Part shown: one piece after another, positions 17,777-28,244 of the stretch
How positions within the stretch are numbered: the first letter of the stretch is position 1
How the letters are laid out: each line of letters begins with the position of its first letter
Source of the DNA: a virus
IMG/VR virus record: IMGVR_UViG_3300017991_000077
Span: 1-64,000 of that record
Length of the DNA: 64,000 nucleotides
Reading direction: 5' to 3' (one strand)
Made by a program: the position numbers and the translations under genes
Notes under the pieces: generated by a model
The model's input: only the letters and a program-made list of their open reading frames with translations
What the model was told of the DNA's origin: nothing
Database searches by the model: none

Positions 17777-20428
17777 ATGCCAGGAACTACTGGAGGACAG
17801 ATGCTACTAGGTATCCGTCTTCAAATGGATGCCAAAGGCGTAGTTACTGGCGCATCGCTGGCCGAGGGGGCTCTCGATAGAATTCAGGGTAAAGCTCGAA
17901 GGACTCAGACTGCTGTAGCTAATGCTGCAACGGGAATGGGCGATGCCATGGCTGCCAGTATGGGAATAGGAGCAGTCGGTGGAGCCTTAGTAGGAGTTGG
18001 AGCAAAAATAGGGCAGGTAATACAGCCCATGGCTCAACAGGCAAAAACTTTCCAGACAGGATTAAGTAGATTAGGATTTGTTGCTCGAGCAACAAAAGAA
18101 GAGATGGCAGAACTTGAGGGTGTAGCTATCAAAACGGGTCTTGCTACGCAGTGGTCTCCCCAAGAAGCAATCGATGGATTGAGAACTCTTCGACAGTCTG
18201 GTTTGACCACCAAAGAATCTTTGGACGCATTAAAGCCAGCTTTGGACTTAGCTACAGGTTCCGCAGGAGAGTTGGGGCTCGCACGAGCGGCGAAAACTGC
18301 AGCCGTGGCCATGATGAAATTTAAGCATACAGGTGCCCCTGTTAGAGAACTTATGGATGCATTGACTCATTCAACTAGAGAATCCAATATTGAATTTAGG
18401 GATCTACCTATAATTTTGAATTCGTTAAGAACTGCTCCCCAGCAATTGAAGATGACTTCGACTGAGGCTTTGACCTTAGTGGGTGCATTAAAGAACTCCG
18501 GTATGATGGCAGCTCAGGCTGGTCAATCCCTCGCAGGTTTTGCGAGAGGATTAGTAAATAATGAAAAGATTTTAGACCGGTATCTCCTCAAGCAAAAGAT
18601 GACGACAGCTGAATTTCAAAAGATGGACGTGACAGACATCACAAAAGGCCGAGGTCTTATGAAGGTAAGGGCCATAAAAGAACTCGGAGTTTCGATGTTT
18701 GATTTGGCTGGCAAGCTACGAAAACCAAAAGACATAATCTTAGACCTAGTACGTAATTTAGAGAGATTGAGCGGAGAGAGTGAAGCAAAATATCTTAAGA
18801 CGGTATCTGCGGCGTTTACTGAGCAAGCCAGGAGCTTGTTGATCGGTCTTGTTGGTTTGGAACGAGGAACTTTGAAGGGTTCAGAAGCGTTTAAAGACAT
18901 GATGGCCAGTATGGGGGATTTTGCAGGTGCCAGTAGAGAAGCTTCAGCGGCAATAGAAAACACTCAGCAGGGTTTAGAGAAGTTCATTGAGGGTACAGAA
19001 GACACGATCAACATTCTTATGGGCAAGACCCTGTTACCGTACATGCAGTCCTTCAACATGAGTTGGAGAACGATGCTAAACGGGTTTTTAGAATACATCG
19101 AAGAAAATCCAGCTGTAGCAGAGGCTTTGGGTATCACGATGGTTGCTTTGTCCGCGGTAGCGACTGCGGCCGGCAGCGCGATGTTGGCTCTTGCTGGATT
19201 ATACTTTTGGACGCAGGTAGTAGGCCCAGCATTAGTTGCTGCAGGTGGATTTGCAGGTATTGCTGCAACAGGTTTTGCTGCACTACAGGCGGCTTTGTGG
19301 CCTATGCTGATAATAGGGGCAGTGATCTTAGGCGTTTTTGCTTTGGCTATGGCCGGCGTAAAGCTCTGGAAGATGATCTGGGAAGAAGATGCTGGAGCTT
19401 TCCTAACGACGATTCGGTATTTCATTCAGAATGTTCAGATGATTTGGCGGGGACTAAAAGAATTTTGGGACGGTGAGGGGGACATCAATTTTAAGGAAAA
19501 ACTCGAGGCGGCAGGTCTGTGGGGAACTGTTCAGAGGATTCTCGCAGTAAAAGATAGAATCGTAGCGGTCTATAAAGGTGTCTGGGAAGGAATTAAGGAT
19601 GTCTTTATGCCAGTAGCAGTGGTCTTTAAGTGGATCGGAGATGCTTTAGGATATGTTATCGACGGAATCAATTGGCTCGTACTTCAATGGAAAGGTGTAG
19701 ACATCGGTAAGATGTCAGACGACTGGTTTAAATTCGGTCGTTTGTTGGGATGGTTTGCCGGTATCGTTCTAGGTGCTTTGATAATCAAAATGGTCTTATG
19801 GATTGCTACTTTAATCGGGGCTACGGCTGTTCAGATAGCTCATGCTGCGGCGGTGATGTATACCGCTTTTGCCTATTCAGCTTTTCTAATCTTGTTTGGT
19901 GTAGTTGTGGTCGCGTTTATCGCACTGATGTGGAAATGGATAAAAGTATTATGGGAATTCGGTAAGAATATTTGGGACGTTTTTACCCAGAGTCGGGATG
20001 CAGGTCTCGGACTGATGCAATCGCTTCTAAATGGGCTAAAGAGTGGATGGAACGCTATCGTAAATTTTCTGACAAGTGCGGCTCAATGGATAGCAGACAT
20101 TCTTCCTGGTTCTGATGCCAAAATTGGGCCTTTGATGCATATCACCGAGTCGGGTGGTGGTTTGATGCGGGCTTTACAGACTGGAGTTGAAGCAGAAGCG
20201 CCAGCAATGCAGGCCACAGTTACTCACGCAATGGCTGGTGTGAGTACCGCAGTAACGCCCCATGTGGGAGGAGCGGTCGCATCAAAAGGCCCGACAACGA
20301 TTAATGTTCAGAAAATGGAGTTTCGAGTTTCCAAGGGTACTCCTGAAGAATTGGAGCAAATCGCCAAGCAAATCATGGACAAGATTCGAGAGGCAACAGA
20401 CGATGATCAGGAGGTAGCGTTCGCATGA
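17777..20428 (+). CDS. tape measure protein (TP901-like core)
   Basis: ATQWSPQEAIDGL..L.QSG...L.PALDLA, Ala/Gly-rich with hydrophobic segments, LPGSDAKIGPL near the C-terminus. Confidence 0.92.
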   Translation: MPGTTGGQMLLGIRLQMDAKGVVTGASLAEGALDRIQGKARRTQTAVANAATGMGDAMAASMGIGAVGGALVGVGAKIGQVIQPMAQQAKTFQTGLSRLGFVARATKEEMAELEGVAIKTGLATQWSPQEAIDGLRTLRQSGLTTKESLDALKPALDLATGSAGELGLARAAKTAAVAMMKFKHTGAPVRELMDALTHSTRESNIEFRDLPIILNSLRTAPQQLKMTSTEALTLVGALKNSGMMAAQAGQSLAGFARGLVNNEKILDRYLLKQKMTTAEFQKMDVTDITKGRGLMKVRAIKELGVSMFDLAGKLRKPKDIILDLVRNLERLSGESEAKYLKTVSAAFTEQARSLLIGLVGLERGTLKGSEAFKDMMASMGDFAGASREASAAIENTQQGLEKFIEGTEDTINILMGKTLLPYMQSFNMSWRTMLNGFLEYIEENPAVAEALGITMVALSAVATAAGSAMLALAGLYFWTQVVGPALVAAGGFAGIAATGFAALQAALWPMLIIGAVILGVFALAMAGVKLWKMIWEEDAGAFLTTIRYFIQNVQMIWRGLKEFWDGEGDINFKEKLEAAGLWGTVQRILAVKDRIVAVYKGVWEGIKDVFMPVAVVFKWIGDALGYVIDGINWLVLQWKGVDIGKMSDDWFKFGRLLGWFAGIVLGALIIKMVLWIATLIGATAVQIAHAAAVMYTAFAYSAFLILFGVVVVAFIALMWKWIKVLWEFGKNIWDVFTQSRDAGLGLMQSLLNGLKSGWNAIVNFLTSAAQWIADILPGSDAKIGPLMHITESGGGLMRALQTGVEAEAPAMQATVTHAMAGVSTAVTPHVGGAVASKGPTTINVQKMEFRVSKGTPEELEQIAKQIMDKIREATDDDQEVAFA

Positions 20429-20976
20429 GTATGGTAACTGGAAGTGAAATCGCCCACGGATATTTTGCTAGAATATCCGGAGGACGAGTGGAATCCTTTT
20501 TTAGTTTTCCTTTCAATCCTACGGAAGATGAGAGAATTCGGTCTGTTGAGTACGCTTTTACTTCTTCGCCAGGATCTCCCCAGCCAGTAGCCACCTTCAA
20601 GCATATCGGTGGTGAGGAGATGACTATAGAGCTGTTGCTCGATGCTACAGACCCTTACTATGAAGAATGGGAAGGCGTTACTGCGATGTTGGCCGAGTTG
20701 GAGAGTTACACACAGCCCGACATATCGAAGTTCACAGCAGACCTCGGTCAGTTTATTCCGCCCCCTCAAGTTCGATACGGTATGGGCAATGAATATTGGG
20801 ATGTCGTTATACCAAGAATTAGTATCCGAACAGTGAGAAGAAACAGAAGACACGAACCTACTCGGGCATACGTCACAGTGGAAATGCGGGCAATCTTTAC
20901 TGACATATCAGCTATTTCTAGTCGATTACAACGGCTTAGACGTTTTCGAGATATGGTAATCATAGAGGGGATGTAA
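20425..20976 (+). CDS. tail tube initiator (CIS tube / Afp7-like)
   Basis: FPFNPTE...SVEY...PG...GG.EMTIELLLDA...PPQVRY...PTRAYVTVEM. Confidence 0.75.
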   Translation: MSMVTGSEIAHGYFARISGGRVESFFSFPFNPTEDERIRSVEYAFTSSPGSPQPVATFKHIGGEEMTIELLLDATDPYYEEWEGVTAMLAELESYTQPDISKFTADLGQFIPPPQVRYGMGNEYWDVVIPRISIRTVRRNRRHEPTRAYVTVEMRAIFTDISAISSRLQRLRRFRDMVIIEGM

Positions 20977-20978
20977 CG

Positions 20979-21278
20979 ATGACTATCTTTGGTGGATCTA
21001 GATATCGAAATGTAGAAAAAACTCGGGTAGTTTTTGAAGATGGTGAGACTGCAGCCATGTATGTTCCCAGGACTACGACGGTTGTTCCTCCGGAGGGGTT
21101 GGAAGGACATTTAGTTAAAGCGGGCGAAACCTTCGAGTCGATGGCCTTTGAGTTGTTTGGTGACGCCAACAAGTGGTACGTGCTAGCAGATTTCAATCCA
21201 CATATTTTCTTCCCTCTGGACTTAAAAGTTGGAGATCGAATAGTTCGACCAACGAAAGCATACGCGGCACAGGTATGA
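20979..21278 (+). CDS. LysM / tail-X type baseplate protein
   Basis: SRY...HLVKAGETFESMAFELFGDANKWYVLADFNP...LKVGDRIVRP. Confidence 0.85.
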   Translation: MTIFGGSRYRNVEKTRVVFEDGETAAMYVPRTTTVVPPEGLEGHLVKAGETFESMAFELFGDANKWYVLADFNPHIFFPLDLKVGDRIVRPTKAYAAQV

Positions 21279-22798
21279 GTACTCAAACTGCAATTTGTAT
21301 TATTTGGGTTAACGGACGAGAGATGTCGCCAGACCTCGTGCGTCGAGTTCAAAGTCTGACTCTGAATTCACCTCGAAGAAAAGCCAAATCAGGAACCATA
21401 GTCTTTAGAGATGAGAATTTTGAATTGTTCGATTCTCGGATTTTTAGAAAAAAACAGGCAATCCATTTCTTATGTGGATGGATAAACGAAGCGCTTCCTG
21501 CGGGACCTTTCGTAATCAAGTCTTATATTCCGAATGCACCAGAATCAGGAGTTCCTACCCTTACAGTCAAATTTCAAGACGTATCGCACAGGCTGAATAA
21601 AAAGCAGAAACAAAAAAGGCATGTGGGAAGTGCTAAGAGCATTTTGAAGAAAATCGCGAAGAGTCACAATTTAGGATATGACCTTGATTCTATCGAAGGT
21701 TTTACTTTCACCGACGACTTTCCTTTAATACAGGCTTCAATGACGGACGCTGCATTGATTCAACGGCTTGCTACTCGATATGGGTATATTTGGGGAGTCG
21801 ATGGGGGAACTCTTTTTTTCAAGAAGCCAGCATCGAGGCAGAATAAACGGAAGTATGATCCACCAGTTTTGTCGTATCGAATGAATGACTGGTCCTTAAA
21901 GTCTTTTCGACCAGAAATCAAATATACGAGCGGACGAAAAAGGAAGAAGGCTCAACAGGGTTTTAGGAACATCAATTTATTGGACGGCAAGGGATTGGGG
22001 GAGTTTATCTCCGATAAGCTTGTTTCAATGGTTGTTACAGATAAGGAAAAGAAGAGGCTTTTTGACGAGAATCCTCATGACAGTAAAGCCGCGTTAATCG
22101 TCGAAGAGGGCGTTGCCAAGGGTGTGGCGAAAATAACGGGAAGTGAGAGTGTAGGTAGTTTCTACCATGAAGCAGTGGATTCGATGGAACGACTTGTTAG
22201 TTGGTTCAATGATACGGGGTATCAAACTACAGCAGAATCTCAAAGTAAGGTTGTCAAGGCTGCAGCGAAAATAGCAAATCCTACTCCAGAAGATACCGAA
22301 GAGACGGAAGAAGAAGAAAACGAAGAACTCGAACAAGGCGACGAGAGCGGGGCGGCTGCTCCCGATAATGAGGATGAGGCTAAACGGAGGGCATTAGGAA
22401 ATGCCGCCAAATCGGCCGAAATCATAAAGGGAAATGCGTCGCCCACTGTAGCTTCAATGCTATATACTCCAAATAGAAAAGTAACTCTCGTGGGTTTAGG
22501 TAAATTTCTTTCGGGAGAATATCTCATAACAGAGACCGTACAGACCTTTGGAGAAGGGGCAACTTCCTTTAGTACCTTGCTTAAAGTATCTAGGACTCGG
22601 TTCTTGCCAGGTGCGCGTACCACTAAGTTTCTTTATGATGTTAAACCAATAGTCTCAAGTCCTACATGGGGAGGTATTCTTGGTCCTAGAGGTGCCAGTA
22701 ATCCAAACCAAACTCCAGTAGAAGATATGCTTTTGCCTTATTCGGAGGGTGGAAATTTAATTTCAGCCCTAGTAGATGACATGGAGGAAGAGATTTAG
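21275..22798 (+). CDS. baseplate hub protein (P2 gpD / T4 gp27-like)
   Basis: ILKKIAKSHNL, QASMTDAALIQRLATRYGY...GTLFFK, VTLVGLGKFLSGEYLI; ATG 21275 overlaps the LysM stop. Confidence 0.85.
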   Translation: MSTQTAICIIWVNGREMSPDLVRRVQSLTLNSPRRKAKSGTIVFRDENFELFDSRIFRKKQAIHFLCGWINEALPAGPFVIKSYIPNAPESGVPTLTVKFQDVSHRLNKKQKQKRHVGSAKSILKKIAKSHNLGYDLDSIEGFTFTDDFPLIQASMTDAALIQRLATRYGYIWGVDGGTLFFKKPASRQNKRKYDPPVLSYRMNDWSLKSFRPEIKYTSGRKRKKAQQGFRNINLLDGKGLGEFISDKLVSMVVTDKEKKRLFDENPHDSKAALIVEEGVAKGVAKITGSESVGSFYHEAVDSMERLVSWFNDTGYQTTAESQSKVVKAAAKIANPTPEDTEETEEEENEELEQGDESGAAAPDNEDEAKRRALGNAAKSAEIIKGNASPTVASMLYTPNRKVTLVGLGKFLSGEYLITETVQTFGEGATSFSTLLKVSRTRFLPGARTTKFLYDVKPIVSSPTWGGILGPRGASNPNQTPVEDMLLPYSEGGNLISALVDDMEEEI

Positions 22799-24160
22799 AT
22801 GGAAGGTGGAGACGAATTTAGGCAGAGATATTCTGGCAGGTACTTTGGAAAGTATCGCGGGATAGTTTCTCGAACAGACGACCCCAGGGAATTGGGTCGA
22901 ATTATGACTAAAGTTCCAGTAGTCATGGGATTCGACGATGACATCGGTTGGGCACTTCCCAGTCCTTCTTCAGGTGGCGGGGGAAATTCAGGGGATTTTT
23001 CTTGCCCCGAAATAGGTGATCTAGTTTGGGTAGAATTTGAAGAAGGAGATCCCTCAAAGGCTGTGTGGTCTCCAGGACCTTGGGCTATGCGCGAAGGCGA
23101 AAATATGCTTCCCAAGCATTCTAGGGGAGAGGCTGATGATACTGATTATGCAGGAAGGGGTGTTGGAACAGCTCCTCCTTCTCAGTTTGAGGGAGGATAT
23201 GGAAGTGTTCGATTCATCCAAAATCGGTCTGGCGGGAGTTTTCTAGAGTTTGATGATACTTCCGGCGTGGAGCGGCTTCAGTTAAGCCACAGGACAGGAA
23301 CTCGTATCGAGATGACCTCTGATGGGGGTTTGCAGGAAATCGCAGTAGCGGGCGTCAGAAGGCGGGTAGGAGGGACACACAAAGTAGAAGTAGCAGATGG
23401 GGAGGATTATTCTGTTACGGGCATAAGTACTTTCACAGCAGAGGCTTCTCGGACAGAAACTTTCGGAGCTAAGCTGGTTCAAGACTACTCCGGCGATATC
23501 GAAAGAACGGGTCAATCGAAAACAGATACCTGGACGGGTAGTATTACCACTCAATTAGGCGGTGGTTATTCCCTTCAGGCAGGGGGCCAGGGATCTCTTA
23601 CTTTCGGTGGTGGATTAGCTTTTATGGTTCGTCAAAATCTTCAGATGACAGTTCTTGAAAATATGGAGATTTGCGCTTCTAATTCTTTGGGGTCTCCTAC
23701 GGCCAATTCATTACTACTCCATGGATATAACGGTCTGGCTGTTATGAAGAGTACTGACCCAACGGGTTTGGCAAGTTCAGCCAGCTTAGAATTAGATGGA
23801 ATTATAGGCGTGAGTTCTGCGACATTGGCCGCAGGTCTTTCAGGCACTCAAGTAGTTTTGGACGGCACTCCGGTTTCGGGATCTGTTAAATTAGAAGGAG
23901 GAACCGGGGGTGGAGCGATTCATGTAATGGCAACCCCGGCAGTAAACAATGTATTGTTGGGAGGTACAGGAGCAGCCGAACCTTTTATTAAAGGGAATTC
24001 GTGGTTTACTTTCATAACAAGTTTACTCACAGCTCTTTCGACGCATACGCATCCGTCAGCCATGGGACCTACATCATTCTCAGCAGATTTTGTAGCACAG
24101 GTTGCAGGTTTGACCTCTCAGGCTACGGCGGCAAAATCATTGTCCATAATGGGGAAATAA
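22799..24160 (+). CDS. baseplate spike protein (gpV / gp5-like)
   Basis: YFGKYRGIV...DDPRELGRI..KVP...WALP...PEIGDLVWVEFEEGDP OB-fold; beta-repeat region; C-terminal HTH apex motif. Confidence 0.92.
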   Translation: MEGGDEFRQRYSGRYFGKYRGIVSRTDDPRELGRIMTKVPVVMGFDDDIGWALPSPSSGGGGNSGDFSCPEIGDLVWVEFEEGDPSKAVWSPGPWAMREGENMLPKHSRGEADDTDYAGRGVGTAPPSQFEGGYGSVRFIQNRSGGSFLEFDDTSGVERLQLSHRTGTRIEMTSDGGLQEIAVAGVRRRVGGTHKVEVADGEDYSVTGISTFTAEASRTETFGAKLVQDYSGDIERTGQSKTDTWTGSITTQLGGGYSLQAGGQGSLTFGGGLAFMVRQNLQMTVLENMEICASNSLGSPTANSLLLHGYNGLAVMKSTDPTGLASSASLELDGIIGVSSATLAAGLSGTQVVLDGTPVSGSVKLEGGTGGGAIHVMATPAVNNVLLGGTGAAEPFIKGNSWFTFITSLLTALSTHTHPSAMGPTSFSADFVAQVAGLTSQATAAKSLSIMGK

Positions 24161-24876
24161 TGAAGTGGATGAATCAAGATTTTTTGGTTGAACAGTTTGA
24201 GGCGCTGGATAGGGAGTCCATGGTCGATGAAGAGACTACGATAGAGGCTTGGGTAGATTTGTGGTGTACTTTCTTTGGTGCTTCTTACGTAAACCAGCTA
24301 TCAGATCTACCAACGGTTATTGAGGTATCTGGAAGTGGACTAAAAATTGGGGTCGATTCAGTAACGGGGTCAGCAGATGCTACAGGAACTCCAGTACGAG
24401 TAGAATACAAGCCCACAGAAGCTTTCGACACTTCAGTAGTTGTTTTTGATAGTGCGAATTATATTGAAGTTGGGATGTTAGGCCAGAGCGGCACGCCCAG
24501 TTTTATTCCAGCAGATTACGCTTTGTACATTGCTCCGTGGAATTATGTAAACGAAGGTCACGCTAAAAATGCCATGCGAGAGGCGATGAGTGGATTTCTA
24601 GATGAGGGTGTTTTAAAACTGTACAACGGTATAAATGCATGGTGGGGATTTATTCAGGATACTCCGAGCAATTTCTATCAGAATGGAACGGCTATAGAAC
24701 TTCCGCCTAATTTGCTAAATCTAGTAGCGGATTTAGATACTATTTTCATACAGAATACAGAAGCAGATCCACCGCTAACAGCGAATGAGGCTATGGCAGC
24801 CGTAGCGGAGGTTATCGTCGAGGCAAATACTGGAGGAGTACTTTCAGTAGGATTATTGGAGTACGACATCGAATGA
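24160..24876 (+). CDS. hypothetical baseplate-region protein
   Basis: ATG 24160 overlaps the spike stop; acidic. Confidence 0.65.
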   Translation: MKWMNQDFLVEQFEALDRESMVDEETTIEAWVDLWCTFFGASYVNQLSDLPTVIEVSGSGLKIGVDSVTGSADATGTPVRVEYKPTEAFDTSVVVFDSANYIEVGMLGQSGTPSFIPADYALYIAPWNYVNEGHAKNAMREAMSGFLDEGVLKLYNGINAWWGFIQDTPSNFYQNGTAIELPPNLLNLVADLDTIFIQNTEADPPLTANEAMAAVAEVIVEANTGGVLSVGLLEYDIE

Positions 24877-25118
24877 CAAAAGGCGCTTTAACGTTACCGA
24901 ATGGTAAGCTGGCTTATCCAGACGAATTGAACGAGAGACGAGATTCCTTAATCGTTCGAGGGAAAGAAGCGCTTGAAAAGAAAGACGTGCGTGAGAAGTT
25001 GATCGTCATTGCAGATATTTTTAATCTGTTGGGAGACCAGATGGAGTATGAAACAGCCATACAGACAAGGGCACTTATGGTTACGATGAGAGATAGGAAA
25101 GAACGAGGGGCTATCTAA
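24873..25118 (+). CDS. hypothetical protein
   Basis: Overlapping start/stop packing. Confidence 0.6.
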   Translation: MTKGALTLPNGKLAYPDELNERRDSLIVRGKEALEKKDVREKLIVIADIFNLLGDQMEYETAIQTRALMVTMRDRKERGAI

Positions 25119-26065
25119 TGGCTGAATGGGTTTCCTTTGATCCGTCTACGTTATACCCTTCGGACATCGCTTCGTTAGTGAGCAGTATAAACACCACAGG
25201 TGAGGCAATAGCGTCTGCTTTAGATCTTGCCGCGAATGTCGTAGACGTAGCTGCTCTTTTTGTTCAGGGGTTTCAAGATGCACAGGCTGTTGTTATCAAT
25301 ACCCTGCAGTCTTTGATCGCCAGTGCTGTCCAGCAATTAACTCAAACTGGAATCTACATGTTGGTCAATGCCTCTACTTCTTTTAAGGCAACACCGAGTT
25401 TTAACCAATGGATGCAGGCATTATCGACATCAATAGATGACAGCTACGACGAAAATCGGCCAATTTTAGTAGACCCCTATGCCTATGTAGGAAGTGTCAC
25501 CATAGTAGGCGTTAATTCAGATTATTTTCGTCTGATGTCATTGTTTCGACAGTTGTTCGAATTGTTCGGAGCGCTAGTTCCAACGTCGGCAGAGATACTT
25601 GCATGGCCAACAGTCGGAGAAGCTTTCGAAGTAATCCCAGGTGTAGGAAAAGCTCCTGATTGGAATTCTAAGAAGCTGAGTGCAGTAGTCCCCGGAATCG
25701 ACACCCTAGTGACAACGTTATTGGGATACTCCAACAGTATTTCAGCCGCAGCTTCCGCTTCCAGTATCTATACGAATTTTGCAGGTCAGTTACGAGATAA
25801 GGCTACTCTGCTTCGGGCTATCGGGGCAACACTCCAAGCGGCCTTAGATACTTTGGCAGGAGCTTTGACTATGGAAGGGGCTTATGTGCTACCTGTATAC
25901 GGGCAAGGCGATGGCGATTGGTTGCAGTCTCAGTGGTTAGGAGCTACCGGGGGACCGTGCAGTGTATCTGGAGATACATACTGTGCGGGTATTTCTTTTT
26001 TGGCCATGGGAGGAACCACGGCTCCAGCCGATGCACTATTTAGTCTTTTTGGAATAGTGCCGTAA
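25118..26065 (+). CDS. hypothetical Ala-rich helical virion protein
   Basis: 315 aa; translationally coupled in the baseplate operon. Confidence 0.7.
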   Translation: MAEWVSFDPSTLYPSDIASLVSSINTTGEAIASALDLAANVVDVAALFVQGFQDAQAVVINTLQSLIASAVQQLTQTGIYMLVNASTSFKATPSFNQWMQALSTSIDDSYDENRPILVDPYAYVGSVTIVGVNSDYFRLMSLFRQLFELFGALVPTSAEILAWPTVGEAFEVIPGVGKAPDWNSKKLSAVVPGIDTLVTTLLGYSNSISAAASASSIYTNFAGQLRDKATLLRAIGATLQAALDTLAGALTMEGAYVLPVYGQGDGDWLQSQWLGATGGPCSVSGDTYCAGISFLAMGGTTAPADALFSLFGIVP

Positions 26066-26077
26066 TAGGAGGATACG

Positions 26078-26455
26078 ATGGCGACATACCCAAGCGGAAT
26101 AGCATTTCCTTTTAGATTTAGAGCTTCAGGTGGTGTGGCTAAGGTTTCTGCAGGTCAGAAAATAAGTGCCAATCTTATGGCTCTTATAACATCTTCGGTT
26201 AAGGAAAGACTCATCCGGAAAGAAGTAGGAACAGTGGGTTTTCATCGAGTACTTAGGTCTGCCCACAATAACACCGGCCTTGTAGAATCTTTAGTATTAG
26301 AGGCTATTACGAGATTTGAGCCAAGAGCTAAAGATGTGCAGGTTAACGTTTTTCCGCAAGAGTACGAAGAAGGGGAGATGCGAGTATATGTCGAGATTTC
26401 GTTTATTTTTAAGTATTCTTCAGACCCTGTTATACTGAGAACACGGATACAGTAA
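26078..26455 (+). CDS. baseplate wedge protein gp25/gpW-like
   Basis: GIAFPFRF...KERLIR..VG...EAITRFEPR. Confidence 0.9.
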   Translation: MATYPSGIAFPFRFRASGGVAKVSAGQKISANLMALITSSVKERLIRKEVGTVGFHRVLRSAHNNTGLVESLVLEAITRFEPRAKDVQVNVFPQEYEEGEMRVYVEISFIFKYSSDPVILRTRIQ

Positions 26456-26466
26456 GGAGGCAGTGA

Positions 26467-28236
26467 ATGCCAACAGTTACGACACTATCAGGTACGCAAA
26501 TAACTTTGGATTTAGGTACTCGGGATTTTGAAGGGTACCGGTCTGACGTAATTTCGTCGGGAGGATTGGCAGATCAGTATACACCTGATTGGACTGACCG
26601 ATCTGAATTAGACCTTGGCGTAGCTTTAACCGAAGTTTTTGGTTATATAGGGGATAGTCTTTCATACTATCAAGATCGGTGTGCCAACGAAGCGCTTCCT
26701 TTAAGTTGTACCAGACGAAAATCGATGATCGAGCACTCAAGGTTTTTAGGCTACGAATTAAGGCCGAACATAAGTGCTAGCGTAGAACTTACCTTTGTAG
26801 CAAACGGGGCAGGAACACTTCCCATAAAAACACAAGTAAGTGTTGATACCTCGGATGGGTCAGAAGACCAGACTTTTGAGTTAGAGGCTGCGTTTGTAGT
26901 TCCAGGTGCTGGAACCTATACTGGAAAGGTTGCGTTGCATGGGGAATCGACTACAGATACTCCGACTTCCAGCGATGGTTCGGCTGGCCAGACTCTAGAA
27001 CTTGAAGGATCTCCGCTAGCAATCAATCCAGATGGAACTTCGAGTCTAGAAATATGGGTTACCGAAGGTGGTCCCGCAGAGTTGTGGACGGAGGTAACAA
27101 AGTTTCACGAGTCAGAGCCAACGGACAAGGTTTACCGAGTAGAAATCGATGAAGATGATATTGTGACCGTCATTTTCGGGGATGGTGTTACCGGAAAGAA
27201 GCCGGCCAGTGGAATTGACAACATTCAGCCGATATATCGGGTTGGAGGTGGAACCGACGGAAACCAGGTAGGAATAGGAAAACTCACTCGGTTAGTGGGA
27301 TCTTATTCGTTTATCGACAGTGTTACGAATCCAGCAGTTCCCTCAGGCGGTAGGCCAAAAGAGACGATTGAAGAAGCTCGTATAAATGCACCTTTGAGTC
27401 TTGTGGCGCTCAACAGAGCAGTGAGACATGGGGATTACAAAGCCTTGGCGTTAGAAGTTTCTGGGGTATCCAAGGCTAAGGCGTATAAGGACCCCTACGT
27501 AGGATTCAAAGAGAGGGTTGTAATTTCTGCCGGAGGAAGCAATCCAGTGCCTACGGGAACTTGGAATTCCAGAACGGGAGTAGGAACAGGTTTGATCGGT
27601 TCAGTAGGTGCGTATCTAGACGCCAGAAAAACGGTGCCTTGCATTATAGAAATTGATCCGGTTTGTGTCGTAGAAATATCGATGAATATACGGGTCAATC
27701 TATTTCCGAATATTCGACAGGAGATAGCCCAACGATATATAGAGGATGCTCTATCAACCACTTTAGATGTAGATGCCCAGGATATGGGAGAACAGATTCC
27801 GCTTTCGCTAATTTCAAAAGTAATCGAAGATCTCCAAGGAGTCGATTATGTAACCTTCCTTAGATTTCAACGAAAACCGTATGCAAGGAAGATTTCAGAT
27901 ACCTCTTCAGACTGCACTTTCGACGATGTAGTTTATGGCGCAGAGACTCCGACAGATACGTGGAGTGTCGAATTTACAAGTCCTACTGCATTCAAGGTGT
28001 ATGGAGTAGATACCGGTCTTCAGGTCAATACAGGAACTATCGGAGTAGCTTATCTAGTAGATAACGGGGGATTTGGATTTACGGTTACTGCAGGGGCGGT
28101 TGCGCCAATCGTAAGTGAAGTTTGGGAAATCGTCACAGGAAAATACATCTGTCAGAATATAGATCCAGATGAATTTGAGGTATGCAAGTTATTGGGGGAC
28201 ACTTTTACGCTCTCTTTGGTGGGAGGAGTGGGTTAG
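26467..28236 (+). CDS. baseplate J-like protein (Afp11 / T4 gp6-like)
   Basis: RDF...PDWTD.SE.DLGVAL.E...LSYYQDR.ANE, FGDGVTGKKP, YRVGGG..GN, RAVRHGDYKALA. Confidence 0.92.
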   Translation: MPTVTTLSGTQITLDLGTRDFEGYRSDVISSGGLADQYTPDWTDRSELDLGVALTEVFGYIGDSLSYYQDRCANEALPLSCTRRKSMIEHSRFLGYELRPNISASVELTFVANGAGTLPIKTQVSVDTSDGSEDQTFELEAAFVVPGAGTYTGKVALHGESTTDTPTSSDGSAGQTLELEGSPLAINPDGTSSLEIWVTEGGPAELWTEVTKFHESEPTDKVYRVEIDEDDIVTVIFGDGVTGKKPASGIDNIQPIYRVGGGTDGNQVGIGKLTRLVGSYSFIDSVTNPAVPSGGRPKETIEEARINAPLSLVALNRAVRHGDYKALALEVSGVSKAKAYKDPYVGFKERVVISAGGSNPVPTGTWNSRTGVGTGLIGSVGAYLDARKTVPCIIEIDPVCVVEISMNIRVNLFPNIRQEIAQRYIEDALSTTLDVDAQDMGEQIPLSLISKVIEDLQGVDYVTFLRFQRKPYARKISDTSSDCTFDDVVYGAETPTDTWSVEFTSPTAFKVYGVDTGLQVNTGTIGVAYLVDNGGFGFTVTAGAVAPIVSEVWEIVTGKYICQNIDPDEFEVCKLLGDTFTLSLVGGVG

Positions 28237-28244
28237 GAAGAACC

